NCBI GenBank assembly: GCA_964016885.1
Contig: OZ024742.1
Span: forward strand, 218,612,001 to 218,676,000
Reading direction: 5' to 3'
Length of the DNA stretch: 64,000 nucleotides
Source of the DNA: Eledone cirrhosa
Taxonomy: Eukaryota
Shown here: piece by piece, positions 23,891 to 41,800 of the stretch
How positions within the stretch are numbered: the first letter of the stretch is position 1
Layout of the letters: each line of letters begins with the position of its first letter
The notes under the pieces: generated by a model
Told to the model about the DNA's origin: nothing
What the model saw: the letters and a program-made list of their open reading frames with translations, nothing else
Database searches by the model: none
Program-made: the position numbers and the translations under genes

Positions 23891-26800
23891 GTACTTACTA
23901 CGTTATCATCATCGTTTAACTTTCATTAGTATATTTCATTATATTACAGTACAGTATATTACAGTACATTATATTACAGTATATTACAGTAGAGTATATT
24001 ACAGTACATTATATTACAGTATATTACAGTACAGTATATTACAGTACAGTATATTACAGTACAGTATATTACAGTATATTATATTACAGTATATTACAGT
24101 ACATTATATTACAGTATATTACAGTACAGTATATTACAGTACAGTATATTACAGTACAGTATATTACAGTACAGTATATTACAGTATATTATATTACAGT
24201 ATATTACAGTACATTATATTACAGTATATTACAGTACAGTATATTACAGTACAGTATATTACAGTACAGTATATTACAGTACATTATATTACAGTATATT
24301 ACAGTACAGTATATTACAGTACAGTATATTATATTACAGTATATTACAGTACAGTATATTACAGTACATTACAGTACAGTATATTACAGTATATTACAGT
24401 ATATTACAGTACAGTATATTACAGTATATTACAGTACAGTATATTACAGTACAGTATATTACAGTATATTACAGTACAGTATATTACAGTATATTACAGT
24501 ACAGTATATTACATTACAGTATATTACAGTACATTATATTACAGTATATTACAGTACAGTATATTACAGTATATTACAGTACAGTATATTACAGTACAGT
24601 ATATTACAGTATATTATATTACAGTATATTACAGTACGTTATATTACAGTATATTACAGTACAGTATATTAGAGTACATTATATTACAGTACAATATATT
24701 ACAGTACAGTATATTACAGTATATTATATTACAGTATATTACAGTACATTATATTACAGTATATTACAGTACAGTATATTACAGTATATTACAGTACAGT
24801 ATATTACAGTACATTATATTACAGTATATTACAGTACAGTATATTACAGTACAGTATATTATATTACAGTATATTACAGTACAGTATATTACAGTACATT
24901 ACAGTACAGTATATTACAGTATATTACAGTATATTACAGTACAGTATATTACAGTATATTACAGTACAGTATATTACAGTATATTACAGTACAGTATATT
25001 ACAGTACATTATATTACAGTACAGTATATTACAGTACAGTATATTACAGTATATTACATTACAGTATATTGCAGTATATTATATTACAGTATATTACAGT
25101 ACAGTATATTTCATTATATTACAGTACAGTATATTACAGTACATTATATTACAGTATATTACAGTACAGTATATTACAGTACAGAATATTATATTACAGT
25201 ATATTACAGTACAGTATATTACAGTACATTACAGTACAGTATATTACAGTATATTACAGTACAGTATATTACAGTATATTATATTACAGTATATTACAGT
25301 ACAGTATATTACAGTACATTATATTACAGTATATTACAGTACAGTATATTACAGTATATTATATTACAGTATATTACAGTACAGTATATTACAGTACAGT
25401 ATATTACAGTACAGTATATTACAGTATATTACAGTACAGTATATTACAGTATATTATATTACAGTATATTATATTACAGTTTATTACAGTACAGTATATT
25501 ACAGTATATTACAGTACAGTATATTACAGTATATTATATTACAGTATATTACAGTACAGTATATTACAGTATATTACAGTACAGTATATTACAGTACATT
25601 ATATTACAGTATATTACAGTACAGTATATTACAGTATATTATATTACAGTATATTACAGTACAGTATATTATATTACAGTATATTACAGTGCAGTATATT
25701 ACAGTATATTACGGTACAGTATGTTACAGTACATTATATTACAGTATATTACAGTACAGTATATTACAGTACAGTATATTACAGTACATTATATTACAGT
25801 ATATTACAGTACAGTATATTACAGTATATTATATTACAGTATATTACAGTACAGTATATTTCATTATATTACAGTACAGTATATTACAGTACATTATATT
25901 ACAGTATATTACAGCACAGTATATTACAGTACAGTATATTATATTACAGTATATTACAGTACAGTATATTACAGTACATTACAGTACAGTATATTACAGT
26001 ATATTACAGTATATTACAGTACAGTATATTACAGTATATTACAGTACAGTATATTACAGTATATTATATTACAGTATATTACAGTACAGTATATTACAGT
26101 ACATTATATTACAGTATATTACAGTACAGTATATTACAGTATATTATATTACAGTATATTACAGTACAGTATATTACAGTATATTACAGTACAGTATATT
26201 ACAGTATATTACAGTACAGTATATTACAGTACAGTGTATTACAGTATATTACAGTACAGTATATTACAGTATATTATATTACAGTATATTACAGTACAGT
26301 ATATTACAGTACATTATATTACAGTATATTACAGTACAGTATATTAGAGTATATTACAGTTCAGTATATTACAGTACAGTATATTACAGTATATTACAGT
26401 ACAGTATGTTACAGTATATTATATTACAGTACAGTATATTACACTATATTACAGTACAGTATATTACAGTACATTATATTACAGTATATTACAGTACAGT
26501 ATATTACAGTACAGTATATTACAGTAAAGTATATTACAGTATATTACAGTAAAGTATATTACAGTACAGTATATTACAGTACATTATATTACAGTATATT
26601 ACAGTACAGTATATTACAGTAAAGTATATTACAGTACAGTATATTACAGTATATTACAGTACAGTATATTACATTATATTACAGTACAGTATATTACATT
26701 ATATTACAGTACAGTATATTACAGTATATTACAGTACAGTATATTACAGTATATTACAGTACATTATATTACAGTACAGTATATTACAGTATATTACAGT

Positions 26801-29800
26801 ACAGTATATTACAGTACATTATATTACAGTATATTACAGTACAGTATATTACACTACAGTATATTATATTACAGTATATTACAGTACAGTATATTACAGT
26901 ACATTACAGTACAGTATATTACAGTATATTACAGTATATTACAGTACAGTATATTACAGTATATTACAGTACAGTATATTACAGTACAGTATATTACAGT
27001 ATATTACAGTACAGTATATTAAAGTATATTACAGTACAGTATATTACAGTACATTATATTACAGTACAGTATATTACAGTACAGTATATTACAGTATATT
27101 ACATTACAGTATATTACAGTATATTATATTACAGTATGTTACAGTACAGTATATTTCATTATATTACAGTACAGCATATTACAGTACATTATATTACAGT
27201 ATATTAAAGTACAGTATATTAGAGTACAGTATATTATATTACAGTATATTACAGTACAGTATATTACAGTACATTACAGTACAGTATATTACAGTATATT
27301 ACAGTACAGTATATTACAGTATATTACAGTACAGTATATTACAGTATATTATATTACAGTATATTACAGTACAGTATATTACAGTACATTATATTACAGT
27401 ATATTACAGTACAGTATATTACAGTATATTATATTACAGTATATTACAGTACAGTATATTACAGTATATTACAATACAGTATATTACAGTATATTACAGT
27501 ACAGTATATTACAGTATATTATATTACAGTATATTATATTACAGTATATTACAGTACAGTATATTACAGTATATTACAGTACAGTATATTACAGTATATT
27601 ACAGTACAGTATATTACAGTACAGTGTATTACAGTATATTACAGTACAGTATATTACAGTACAGTATATTAGAGTACAGTATATTACAGTATATTATATT
27701 ACAGTATATTACAGTACAGTATATTACAGTATATTAGAGTACAGTATATTACAGTACATTATATTACAGTATATTACAGTACAGTGTATTACAGTATATT
27801 ATATTACAGTATATTACAGTACAGTATATTTCATTATATTACAGTACAGTATATTACAGTACATTATATAACAGTATATTACAGCACAGTATATGACAGT
27901 ACAGTATATTATATTACAGTATATTACAGTACAGTACATTACAGTACAGTATATTACAGTATATTACAGTATATTACAGTATATTACAGTACAGTATATT
28001 ACAGTATATTATATTACAGTATATTACAGTACAGTATATTACAGTACATTATATTACAGTATATTACAGTACAGTATATTACAGTACATTATATTACAGT
28101 ATATTACAGTACAGTATATTACAGTATATTACAGTACAGTATATTACAGTACAGTATATTGCAGTATATTACAATAGAGTATATTATAGTATACTATATT
28201 ACAGTATATTACAGTACAGTATATTACAGTACATTATATTACAGTATATTACAGTACAGTATATTACAGTAAATTACAGTTCAGTATATTACAGTACAGT
28301 ATATTACAGTATATTACAGTACAGTATATTACAGTATATTATATTACAGTATATTACAGTACAGTATATTACAGTATATTACAGTACAGTATATTACAGT
28401 ACATTATATTACAGTATATTACAGTACAGTATACTACAGTATATTATATTACAGTATATTACAGTACAGTATATTAAAGTATATTACAGTACAGTATATT
28501 ACAGTACATTATATTACAGTATATTACAGTACAATATATTACAGTACAGTGTATTACAGTAAAGTATATTACAGTATATTACAGTACAGTATATTACAGT
28601 ACATTATATTACAGTATATTACAGTACAGTGTATTACAGAAAAGTATATTACAGTATATTACAGTACAGTATATTACAGTAAAGTAAATTACAGTATATT
28701 ACAGTACAGTATATTTCAGTACAGTATATTACAGTACATTATATTACAGTATATTACAGTACAGTATATTACAGTACAGTATATTACAGTGAAGTATATT
28801 ACAGTATATTACAGTAAAGTATATTACAGTATATTACAGTACAGTATATTACATTATATTACAGTACAGTATATTACATTATATTACAGTACAGTATATT
28901 ACAGTATATTACAGTATATTACATTATATTATATTACAGTATATTACAGTACAGTATATTACAGTACAGTATATTACAGTACAGTATATTACAGTACAGT
29001 ATATTACAGTACAGTATATTATATTACAGTATATTACAGTACAGTATATTACAGTACATTATATTACAGTATATTACAGTACAGTATATTACAGTACATT
29101 ATATTACAGTACAGTATATTACAGTACAGTATATTACAGTATATTTTATTACAGTATATTACAGTACATTATATTACAGTATATTACAGTACAGTATATT
29201 ACAGTATATTACAGTACAGTATATTACAGTACATTATATTACAGTATATTACAGTACAGTATATTACAGTACAGTATATTATATTACAGTATATTACAGT
29301 ACAGTATATTACAGTACATTACAGTATATTACAGTATATTACAGTACAGTATATTACAGTATATTACAGTACAGTATATTACAGTATATTACAGTACAGT
29401 ATATTACAGTTTATTACAGTACAGTATATTACAGTATATTACAGTACATTATATTACAGTACAGTATATTACAGTACAGTATATTACAGTATATTACATT
29501 ACAGTATATTACAGTATCTTATATTACAGTATATTACAGTACAGTATATTTCATTATATTACAGTATATTACAGTACATTATATTACAGTATATTACAGT
29601 ACAGTATATTACAGTACAGTATATTATATTACAGTATATTACAGTACAGTATATTACAGTACATTACAGTACAGTATATTACAGTATATTACAGTATATT
29701 ACAGTACAGTATATTACAGTATATTACAGTACAGTATATTACAGTATATTATATTACAGTATATTACGGTACAGTATATTACAGTATATTACAGTACAGT

Positions 29801-32800
29801 ATATTACAGTATATTATATTACAGTATATTACAGTACAGTATATTACAGTACAGTATATTACAGTACAGTATATTACAGTATATTATATTACAGTATATT
29901 ATATTACAGTATATTACAGTACAGTATATTACAGTATATTACAGTACAGTGTATTACAGTATATTACAGTACAGTATATTACAGTATATTACAGTACAGT
30001 ATATTACAGTATATTACAGTACAGTATATTACAGTATATTACAGTACAGTATATTACAGTATATTATATTACAGTATATTACAGTACAGTATATTTCATT
30101 ATATTACAGTACAGTATATTACAGTACATTATATTACAGTATATTACAGCACAGTATATTACAGTACAGTATATTATATTACAGTATATTACAGTACAGT
30201 ATATTACAGTACATTACATTACAGTATATTACAGTATATTACAGTATATTACAGTACAGTATATTACAGTATATTACAGTACAGTATATTACAGTATATT
30301 ATATTACAGTATATTACAGTATATTATATTACAGTATATTACAGTACAGTATATTACAGTACATTATATTACAGTATATTACAGTACAGTATATTACAGT
30401 ATATTATATTACAGTATATTACAGTACAGTATATTACAGCATATTACAGTACAGTATATTACAGTATATTACAGTACAGTATATTACAGTATATTACAGT
30501 ACAGTATATTACAGTACATTATATTACAGCATATTACAGTACAGTATAATACAGTAAATTACAGTTCAGTATATTACAGTACAGTATATTACAGTACAGT
30601 ATATTACAGTATATTATATTACAGTATATTACAGTACAGTATATTACAGTACAGTATATTACAGTATATTACAGTACAGTATATTACAGTATATTACAGT
30701 ACAATATATTACAGTATATTATATTACAGTATATTACAGTACAGTATATTACAGTATATTACAGTACAGTATATTACAGTATATTACAGTACAGTATATT
30801 ACAGTACAGTGTATTACAGTATATTACAGTACAGTATATTACAGTATATTATATTACAGTATATTACAGTACAGTATATTACAGTATATTACAATACAGT
30901 ATATTACAGTATATTACAGTACAGTATATTACAGTATATTATATTACAGTATATTATATTACAGTATATTACAGTACATTATATTACAGTATATTACAGT
31001 ACAGTATATTACAGTATATTATATTACAGTATATTACAGTACAGTATATTACAGTATATTACAATACAGTATATTACAGTATATTACAGTACAGTATATT
31101 ACAGTATATTATATTACAGTATATTATATTACAGTATATTACAGTACAGTATATTACAGTATATTACAGTACAGTATATTACAGTATATTACAGTACAGT
31201 ATATTACAGTACAGTGTATTACAGTATATTACAGTACAGTATATTACAGTACAGTATATTAGAGTACAGTATATTACAGTATATTATATTACAGTATATT
31301 ACAGTACAGTATATTACAGTATATTACAGTACAGTATATTACAGTATATTATATTACAGTATATTACAGTACAGTATATTTCATTATATTACAGTACAGT
31401 ATATTAGAGTACATTATATAACAGTATATTACAGCACAGTATATGACAGTACAGTATATTATATTACAGTATATTACAGTACAGTACAGTATATTACAGT
31501 ATATTACAGTATATTACAGTATATTACAGTACAGTATATTACAGTATATTATATTACAGTATATTACAGTACAGTATATTACAGTACATTATATTACAGT
31601 ATATTACAGTACAGTATATTACAGTACATTATATTACAGTATATTACAGTACAGTATATTACAGTATATTACAGTACAGTATATTACAGTACAGTGTATT
31701 GCAGTATATTACAATACAGTATATTACAGTATACTATATTACAGTATATTACAGTACAGTATATTACAGTACATTATATTACAGTATATTACAGTACAGT
31801 ATATTACAGTAAATTACAGTTCAGTATATTACAGTACAGTATATTACAGTATATTACAGTACAGTATATTACAGTATATTATATTACAGTATATTACAGT
31901 ACAGTATATTACAGTATATTACAGTACAGTATATTACAGTACATTATATTACAGTATATTACAGTACAGTATACTACAGTATATTATATTACAGTATATT
32001 ACAGTACAGTATATTAAAGTATATTACAGTACAGTATATTACAGTACATTATATTACAGTATATTACAGTACAATATATTACAGTACAGTGTATTACAGT
32101 AAAGTATATTACAGTATATTACAGTACAGTATATTACAGTACATTATATTACAGTATATTACAGTACAGTGTATTACAGTAAAGTATATTACAGTATATT
32201 ACAGTACAGTATATTACAGTAAAGTAAATTACAGTATATTACAGTACAGTATATTTCAGTACAGTATATTACAGTACATTATATTACAGTATATTACAGT
32301 ACAGTATATTACAGTACAGTATATTACAGTGAAGTATATTACAGTATATTACAGTAAAGTATATTACAGTACAGTATATTACAGTACATTATATTAAAGT
32401 ATATTACAGTACAGTATATTACAGTACAGTATATTACAGTAAAGTATATTACAGTATATTACAGTACAGTATATTACAGTATATTACAGTATATTACAGT
32501 ACAGTATATTACATTATATTACAGTACAGTATATTACATTATATTACAGTACAGTATATTACAGTATATTACAGTATATTACATTATGTTATATTACAGT
32601 ATATTACAGTACAGTATATTACAGTACAGTATATTACAGTACAGTATATTACAGTACAGTATATTACAGTACAGTATATTATATTACAGTATATTACAGT
32701 ACAGTATATTACAGTACATTATATTACAGTATATTACAGTACAGTATATTACAGTACATTATATTACAGTACAGTATATTACAGTACAGTATATTACAGT

Positions 32801-35800
32801 ATATTTTATTACAGTATATTACAGTACATTATATTACAGTATATTACAGTACAGTATATTACAGTATATTACAGTACAGTATATTACAGTACATTATATT
32901 ACAGTATATTACAGTACAGTATATTACAGTACAGTATATTATATTACAGTATATTACAGTACAGTATATTACAGTAGATTACAGTATATTACAGTATATT
33001 ACAGTACAGTATATTACAGTATATTACAGTACAGTATATTACAGTATATTACAGTACAGTATATTACAGTATATTACAGTACAGTATATTACAGTATATT
33101 ACAGTACATTATATTACAGTACAGTATATTACAGTACAGTATATTACAGTATATTACATTACAGTATATTACAGTATCTTATATTACAGTATATTACAGT
33201 ACAGTATATTTCATTATATTACAGTATATTACAGTACATTATATTACAGTATATTACAGTACAGTATATTACAGTACAGTATATTATATTACAGTATATT
33301 ACAGTACAGTATATTACAGTACATTACAGTACAGTATATTACAGTATATTACAGTATATTACAGTACAGTATATTACAGTATATTACAGTACAGTATATT
33401 ACAGTATATTATATTACAGTATATTACGGTACAGTATATTACAGTATATTACAGTACAGTATATTACAGTATATTATATTACAGTATATTACAGTACAGT
33501 ATATTACAGTACAGTATATTATATTACAGTATATTATATTACAGTATATTACAGTACAGTATATTACAGTATATTACAGTACAGTGTATTACAGTATATT
33601 ACAGTACAGTATATTACAGTATATTACAGTACAGTATATTACAGTATATTACAGTACAGTATATTACAGTATATTACAGTACAGTATATTACAGTATATT
33701 ATATTACAGTATATTACAGTACAGTATATTTCATTATATTACAGTACAGTATATTACAGTACATTATATTACAGTATATTACAGCACAGTATATTACAGT
33801 ACAGTATATTATATTACAGTATATTACAGTACAGTATATTACAGTACATTACATTACAGTATATTACAGTATATTACAGTATATTACAGTACAGTATATT
33901 ACAGTATATTACAGTACAGTATATTACAGTATATTATATTACAGTATATTACAGTACAGTATATTACAGTACATTATAGTACAGTATATTACAGTACAGT
34001 ATATTACAGTATATTATATTACAGTATATTACAGTACAGTATATTACAGCATATTACAGTACAGTATATTACAGTATATTACAGTACAGTATATTACAGT
34101 ATATTACAGTACAGTATATTACAGTACATTATATTACAGTATATTACAGTACAGTATAATACAGTAAATTACAGTTCAGTATATTACAGTACAGTATATT
34201 ACAGTATATTACAGTACAGTATATTACAGTATATTATATTACAGTATATTACAGTACAGTATATTACAGTACAGTATATTACAGTATATTACAGTACAGT
34301 ATATTACAGTATATTACAGTACAATATATTACAGTATATTATATTACAGTATATTACAGTACAGTATATTACAGTATATTACAGTACAGTATATTACAGT
34401 ATATTACAGTACAGTATATTACAGTACAGTGTATTACAGTATATTACAGTACAGTATATTACAGTATATTATATTACAGTATATTACAGTACAGTATATT
34501 ACAGTATATTACTGTACAGTATATTACAGTTCATTATATTACAGTATATTACAGTACAGTATATTACAGTATATTACAGTACAGTATATTACAGTACATT
34601 ATATTACAGTATATTACAGTACAGTATATTACAGTATATTATATTACACTATATTACAGTACAGTATATATCATTATATTACAGTACAGTATATTACAGT
34701 ACATTATATTACAGTATATTACAGCACAGTATATTACAGTACAGTATATTATATTACAGTATATTACAGTACAGTATATTACAGTACATTACATTACAGT
34801 ATATTACAGTATATTACAGTATATTACAGTACAGTATATTACAGTACAGTATATTACATTATATTATATTACAGTATATTACAGTACAGTATATTACAGT
34901 ACAGTATATTACAGTATATTACAGTACAGTATATTACAGTATATTATATTACAATATATTACAGTACAGTATATTACAGTAAATTACAGTTCAGTATATT
35001 ACAGTACAGTATATTACAGTATATTACAGTACAGTATATTACAGTATATTACAGTACAGTATATTACAATACAGTGCATTACAGTAAAGTATATTACAGT
35101 ATATTACAGTACAGTATATTACAGTACATTATATTACAGTATATTACAGTACAGTGTATTACAGTAAAGTATATTACAGTATATTACAGTACAGTATATT
35201 ACAGTAAAGTATATTACAGTATATTACAGTACAGTATATTTCAGTACAGTATATTACAGTACATTATATTACAGTATATTACAGTACAGTATATTACAGT
35301 ACAGTATATTACAGTAAAGTATATTACAGTACAGTATATTACAGTACATTATATTACAGTATATTACAGTACAGTATATTACAGTACTGTATATTACAGT
35401 AAAGTATATTACAGTATATTACAGTACAGTATGTTACATTATATTACAGTACAGTATATTACAGTATATTACAGTACAGTATATTACAGTATATTACAGT
35501 ACAGTATATTACAGTACAGTATATTACAGTATATTACAGTACAGTATATTATATTATATTACAGTACAGTATATTACAGTATATTACAGTACGGTATATT
35601 ACAGTATATTACAGTACAGTATATTACAGTATATTACAGTACAGTATATTACAGTATATTACAGTACAGTATATTACAGTACAGTATATTACAGTACATT
35701 ATATTACAGTACAGTATATTACAGTACAGTATATTACAGTATATTACATTACAGTATATTACAGTATATTATATTACAGTATATTACAGTACAGTATATT

Positions 35801-38800
35801 TCATTATATTACAGTACAGTATATTACAGTACATTATATTACAGTATATTACAGTACAGTATATTACAGTACAGTATATTATATTACAGTATATTACAGT
35901 ACAGTATATTACAGTACATTACAGTACAGTATATTACAGTATATTACAGTATATTACAGTACAGTATATTACAGTATATTACAGTACAGTATATTACAGT
36001 ATATTATATTACAGTATATTACAGTACAGTATATTACAGTATATCACAGTACAGTATATTACAGTATATTATATTACAGTATATTATATTACAGTATATT
36101 ACAGTACAGTATATTACAGTATATTACAGTACAGTATAGTACAGTATATTACAGTACAGTATATTACAGTACAGTATATTACAGTACAGTATATTACAGT
36201 ACAGTATATTACAGTATATTATATTACAGTATATTACAGTACAGTATATTACAGTATATTACGGTACAGTATATTACAGTACATTATATTACAGTATATT
36301 ACAGTACAGTATATTACAGTATATTACAGTACAGTATATTACAGTACAGTATATTTCATTATATTACAGTACAGTATATTACAGTACATTATATTACAGT
36401 ATATTACAGCACAGTATATTACAGTACAGTATATTATATTACAGTATATTACAGTACTGTATATTACAGTACATTACAGTACAGTATATTACAGTATATT
36501 ACAGTATATTACAGTACAGTATATTACAGTATATTACAGTACAGTATATTACAGTATATTACAGTACAGTATATTACAGTACATTATATTACAGTATATT
36601 ACAGTACAATATATTACAGTATATTATATTACAGTATATTACAGTACAGTATATTACAGTATATTACAGTACAGTATATTACAGTATATTACAGTACAGT
36701 ATATTACAGTACAGTGTATTACAGTATATTACATTACAGTATATTACAGTATATTATATTACAGTATATTACAGTACAGTATATTACAGTACATTATATT
36801 ACAGTATATTACATTACAGTATATTACAGTTCAGTATATTACAGTACAGTATATTACAGTATATTACAGTACAGTATATTACAGTATATTATATTACAGT
36901 ATATTACAGTACAGTATATTACAGTATATTACAGTACAGTATATTACAGTACATTATATTACAGTATATTACAGTACAGTATATTACAGTACAGTGTATT
37001 ACAGTAAAGTATATTACAGTATATTACAGTACAATACATTACAGTACATTATATTACAGTATATTACAGTACAGTGTATTACAATAAAGTATATTACAGT
37101 ATATTACAGTACAGTATATTACAGTAAAATATATTACAATATATTACAGTACAGTATATTTCAGTACAGTATATTACAGTACATTATATTACAGTATATT
37201 ACAGTACAGTATATTACAGTACAGTATATTACAGTAAAGTATATTACAGTATATTACAGTAAAGTATATTACAGTACAGTATATTACAGTACATTATATT
37301 ACAGTATATTACAGTACAGTATATTACAGTACAGTATATTACAGTAAAGTATATTACAGTATATTACAGTACAGTATATTACAGTATATTACAGTACAGT
37401 ATATTACATTATATTACAGTACAGTATATTACATTATATTACAGTACAGTATATTACAGTATATTACAGTACAGTATATTACAGTATATTATATTACAGT
37501 ATATTACAGTACAGTATATTACAGTACAGTATATTACAGCATATTACAGTACAGTATATTACATTATATTACAGTACAGTATATTACAGTATATGACAGT
37601 ACAGTATATTACAGTATATTATATTACAGTATATTACAGTACAGTATATTACAGTATATTACAGTACAGTATATTATATTACAGTATATTACAGTACAGT
37701 ATATTACAGTACATTATATTACAGTACAGTATATTACAGTACATTATATTACAGTATATTACAGTACAGTATATTACAGTACAGTATATTACAGTAAAGT
37801 TTATTACAGTATATTACAGTACAGTATATTACAGTACAGTATATTACAGTATATTACAGTACAGTATATTACAGTACAGTATATTACATTATATTACAGT
37901 ACAGTATATTACAGTATATTACAGTACAGTATATTACAGTACAGTATATTACAGTATATTATATTACAGTATATTACAGTACAGTATATTCCAGTACAGT
38001 ATATTACAGTACAGTATATTACAGTACAGTATATTACAGTACTGTATATTATATTACATTATATTACAGTACATTATATTACAGTACAATGTATTACAGT
38101 ACATTATATTACAGTATATTACAGTACAGTATATTACAGTACAGTATATTACAGTAAAGTATATTACAGTATATTACAGTACAGTATATTACAGTATATT
38201 ACAGTACAGTATATTACATTATATTACAGTACAGTATATTACATTATATTACAGTACAGTATAGTACAGTATATTACAGTACAGTATATTACAGTACAGT
38301 ATATTACAGTACAGTATATTACAGTACAGTATATTACAGTATATTACATTACAGTATATTACAGTATATTATATTACAGTATATTACAGTACAGTATATT
38401 ACAGTACAGTATATTACAGCACAGTATATTACAGTACAGTATATTATATTACAGTTTATTACAGTACAGTATATTACAGTACATTATATTACAGTACAGT
38501 ATATTACAGTACACTATATTACAGTACAGTATATTACAGTACAGTATATTACAGTACAGTATATTACAGTATATTATATTACAGTATATTACAGTACAGT
38601 ATATTACAGTACAGTATATTACAGCATATTACAGTACAGTATATTACATTATATTACAGTACGGTATATTACAGTACAGTATATTACAGTATATTACAGT
38701 ACAGTATATTACAGTATATTATATTACAGTATATTAAAGTACAGTATATTACAGTAGAGTATATTACAGTACAGTATATTACAGTATATTATATTACAGT

Positions 38801-41800
38801 ATATTACAGTACAGTATATTACAGTACAGTATATTTCAGTACAGTATATTACAGTACAGTATATTAGAGTATAGTATATTACATTATATTACAGTACAGT
38901 ATATTACAGTACAGTATATTACAGTATAGTATATTACATTATATTACAGTAGAGTATATTACAGTATAGTATATTACATTATATTACAGTCTATTATATT
39001 ACAGTACAGTATATTACAGTATATTACAGTACAGTATATTACAGTACAATATATTACAGTATAATATATTACAGTACAGTATATTACAGTATAGTATATT
39101 ACATTATATTACAGTACAGTATATTACAGTATATTACAGTACAGTATATTACATTATATTACAGTACAGTATATTACACTACAGTATATTACATTATATT
39201 ACAGTACAGTATATTACATTATATTACAGTACAGTATATTACAGTATATTACAGTACAGTATATTACAGTATATTACAGTACAGTATATTACAGTATATT
39301 ATATTATAGTATATTACAGTACAGTATATTACAGTACAGTATATTTCAGTACAGTATATTACTGTATATTATATTAAAGTATATTACAGTACAGTATAGT
39401 ACAGTACAATATATTTTAGTACAGTATATTACAGTACAGTATATTTCAGTACAGTATATTACATTATATTACAACAGTATATTAAATTATATTACAGTAC
39501 AGTATATTATAGTATATTACAGTATATTACAGTACAGTATATTACAGTATATTATGTTACAGCACAGTATATTACAGTATATTACAGTACAGTATATTAC
39601 AGTATATTACAGTACAGTATATTACAGTATATTACAGTACAGTTTATTACAGTACAGTATATTACAGTACGGTATATTACAGTACAGTATATTACAGTAC
39701 AGTATATTTCAGTACAGTATATTACAGTATATTATATTACAGTATATTACAGTACAGTATATTACAGTATATTACAGTACAGTTTATTACAGTACAGTAT
39801 ATTACAGTACGGTATATTACAGTACAGTATATTACAGTATATTTCAGTACAGTATATTACAGTATATTATATTACAGTATATTACAGTACAGTATATTAC
39901 AGTATATTACAGTACAGTATATTACCGTACATTACAGTACATTATATTACAGTACATTATATTACAGTACAGTATATTACAGTACAGTATATTACAGTAT
40001 ATTTCAGTACAGTATATTATAGTACAGTATATTACAGTATATTACAGTACAGTAAATTACAGTATATTACAGTACATTATATTACAGTACAGTATATTAC
40101 AGTATATTACAGTACAGTATATTACAGTACAGTATATTACAGTACAGTATATTTCAGTACAGTATATTACAGTATATTATATTACAGTATATTACAGTAC
40201 AGTATATTACAGTATATTACAGTACAGTTTATTACAGTACAGTATATTACAGTACGGTATATTACAGTACAGTATATTACAGTACAGTATATTTCAGTAC
40301 AGTATATTACAGTATATTATATTACAGTATATTACAGTACAGTATATTACAGTATATTACAGTACAGTATATTACCGTACAGTATATTACAGTACAGTAT
40401 ATTACAATATATTACAGTACAGTATATTATAGTACAGTATATTACAGTATATTACAGTATATTACAGTACAGTATATTACAGTATATTACAGTACAGTAT
40501 ATTACAGTACAATATATTACAGTACAATATATTACAGTACAGTATATTACAGTATAGTATATTACATTATATTACAGTACAGTATATTACAGTATATTAC
40601 AGTACAGTATATTACATTATATTACAGTACAGTATATTACACTACAGTATATTACATTATATTACAGTACAGTATATTACATTATATTACAGTACAGTAT
40701 ATTACAGTACAGTATATTACAGTATATTACAGTACAGTATATTGCAGTATATTATATTATAGTATATTACAGTACAGTATATTACAGTACAGTATATTTC
40801 AGTACAGTATATTACAGTATATTATATTAAAGTATATTACAGTACAGTATAGTACAGTACAGTATATTTTAGTACAGTATATTACAGTACAGTATATTTC
40901 AGTACAGTATATTACATTATATTACAACAGTATATTAAATTATATTACAGTACAGTATATTATAGTATATTACAGTATATTACAGTACAGTATATTACAG
41001 TATATTACAGTACAGTATATTACAGTATATTACAGTACAGTTTATTACAGTACAGTATATTACAGTACGGTATATTACAGTACAGTATATTACAGTACAG
41101 TATATTTCAGTACAGTATATTACAGTATATTATATTACAGTATATTACAGTACAGTATATTACAGTATATTACAGTACAGTTTATTACAGTACAGTATAT
41201 TACAGTACGGTATATTACAGTACAGTATATTACAGTACAGTATATTTCAATACAGTATATTACAGTATATTATATTACAGTATATTACAGTACAGTATAT
41301 TACAGTATATTACAGTACAGTATATTACCGTACATTACAGTACATTATATTACAGTACAGTATATTACAGTACAGTATATTACAGTATATTTCAGTACAG
41401 TATATTATAGTACAGTATATTACAGTATATTACAGTACAGTAAATTACAGTATATTACAGTACATTATATTACAGTACATTATATTACAGTATATTACAG
41501 TACAGTATATTACAGTACAGTATATTACAGTACAGTATATTTCAGTACAGTATATTACAGAATATTATATTACAGTATATTACAGTACAGTATATTACAG
41601 TATATTACAGTACAGTTTATTACAGTACAGTATATTACAGTACGGTATATTACAGTACAGTATATTACAGTACAGTATATTTCAGTACAGTATATTACAG
41701 TATATTATATTACAGTATATTACAGTACAGTATATTACAGTATATTACAGTACAGTATATTACCGTACAGTATATTACAGTACAGTATATTACAGTATAT

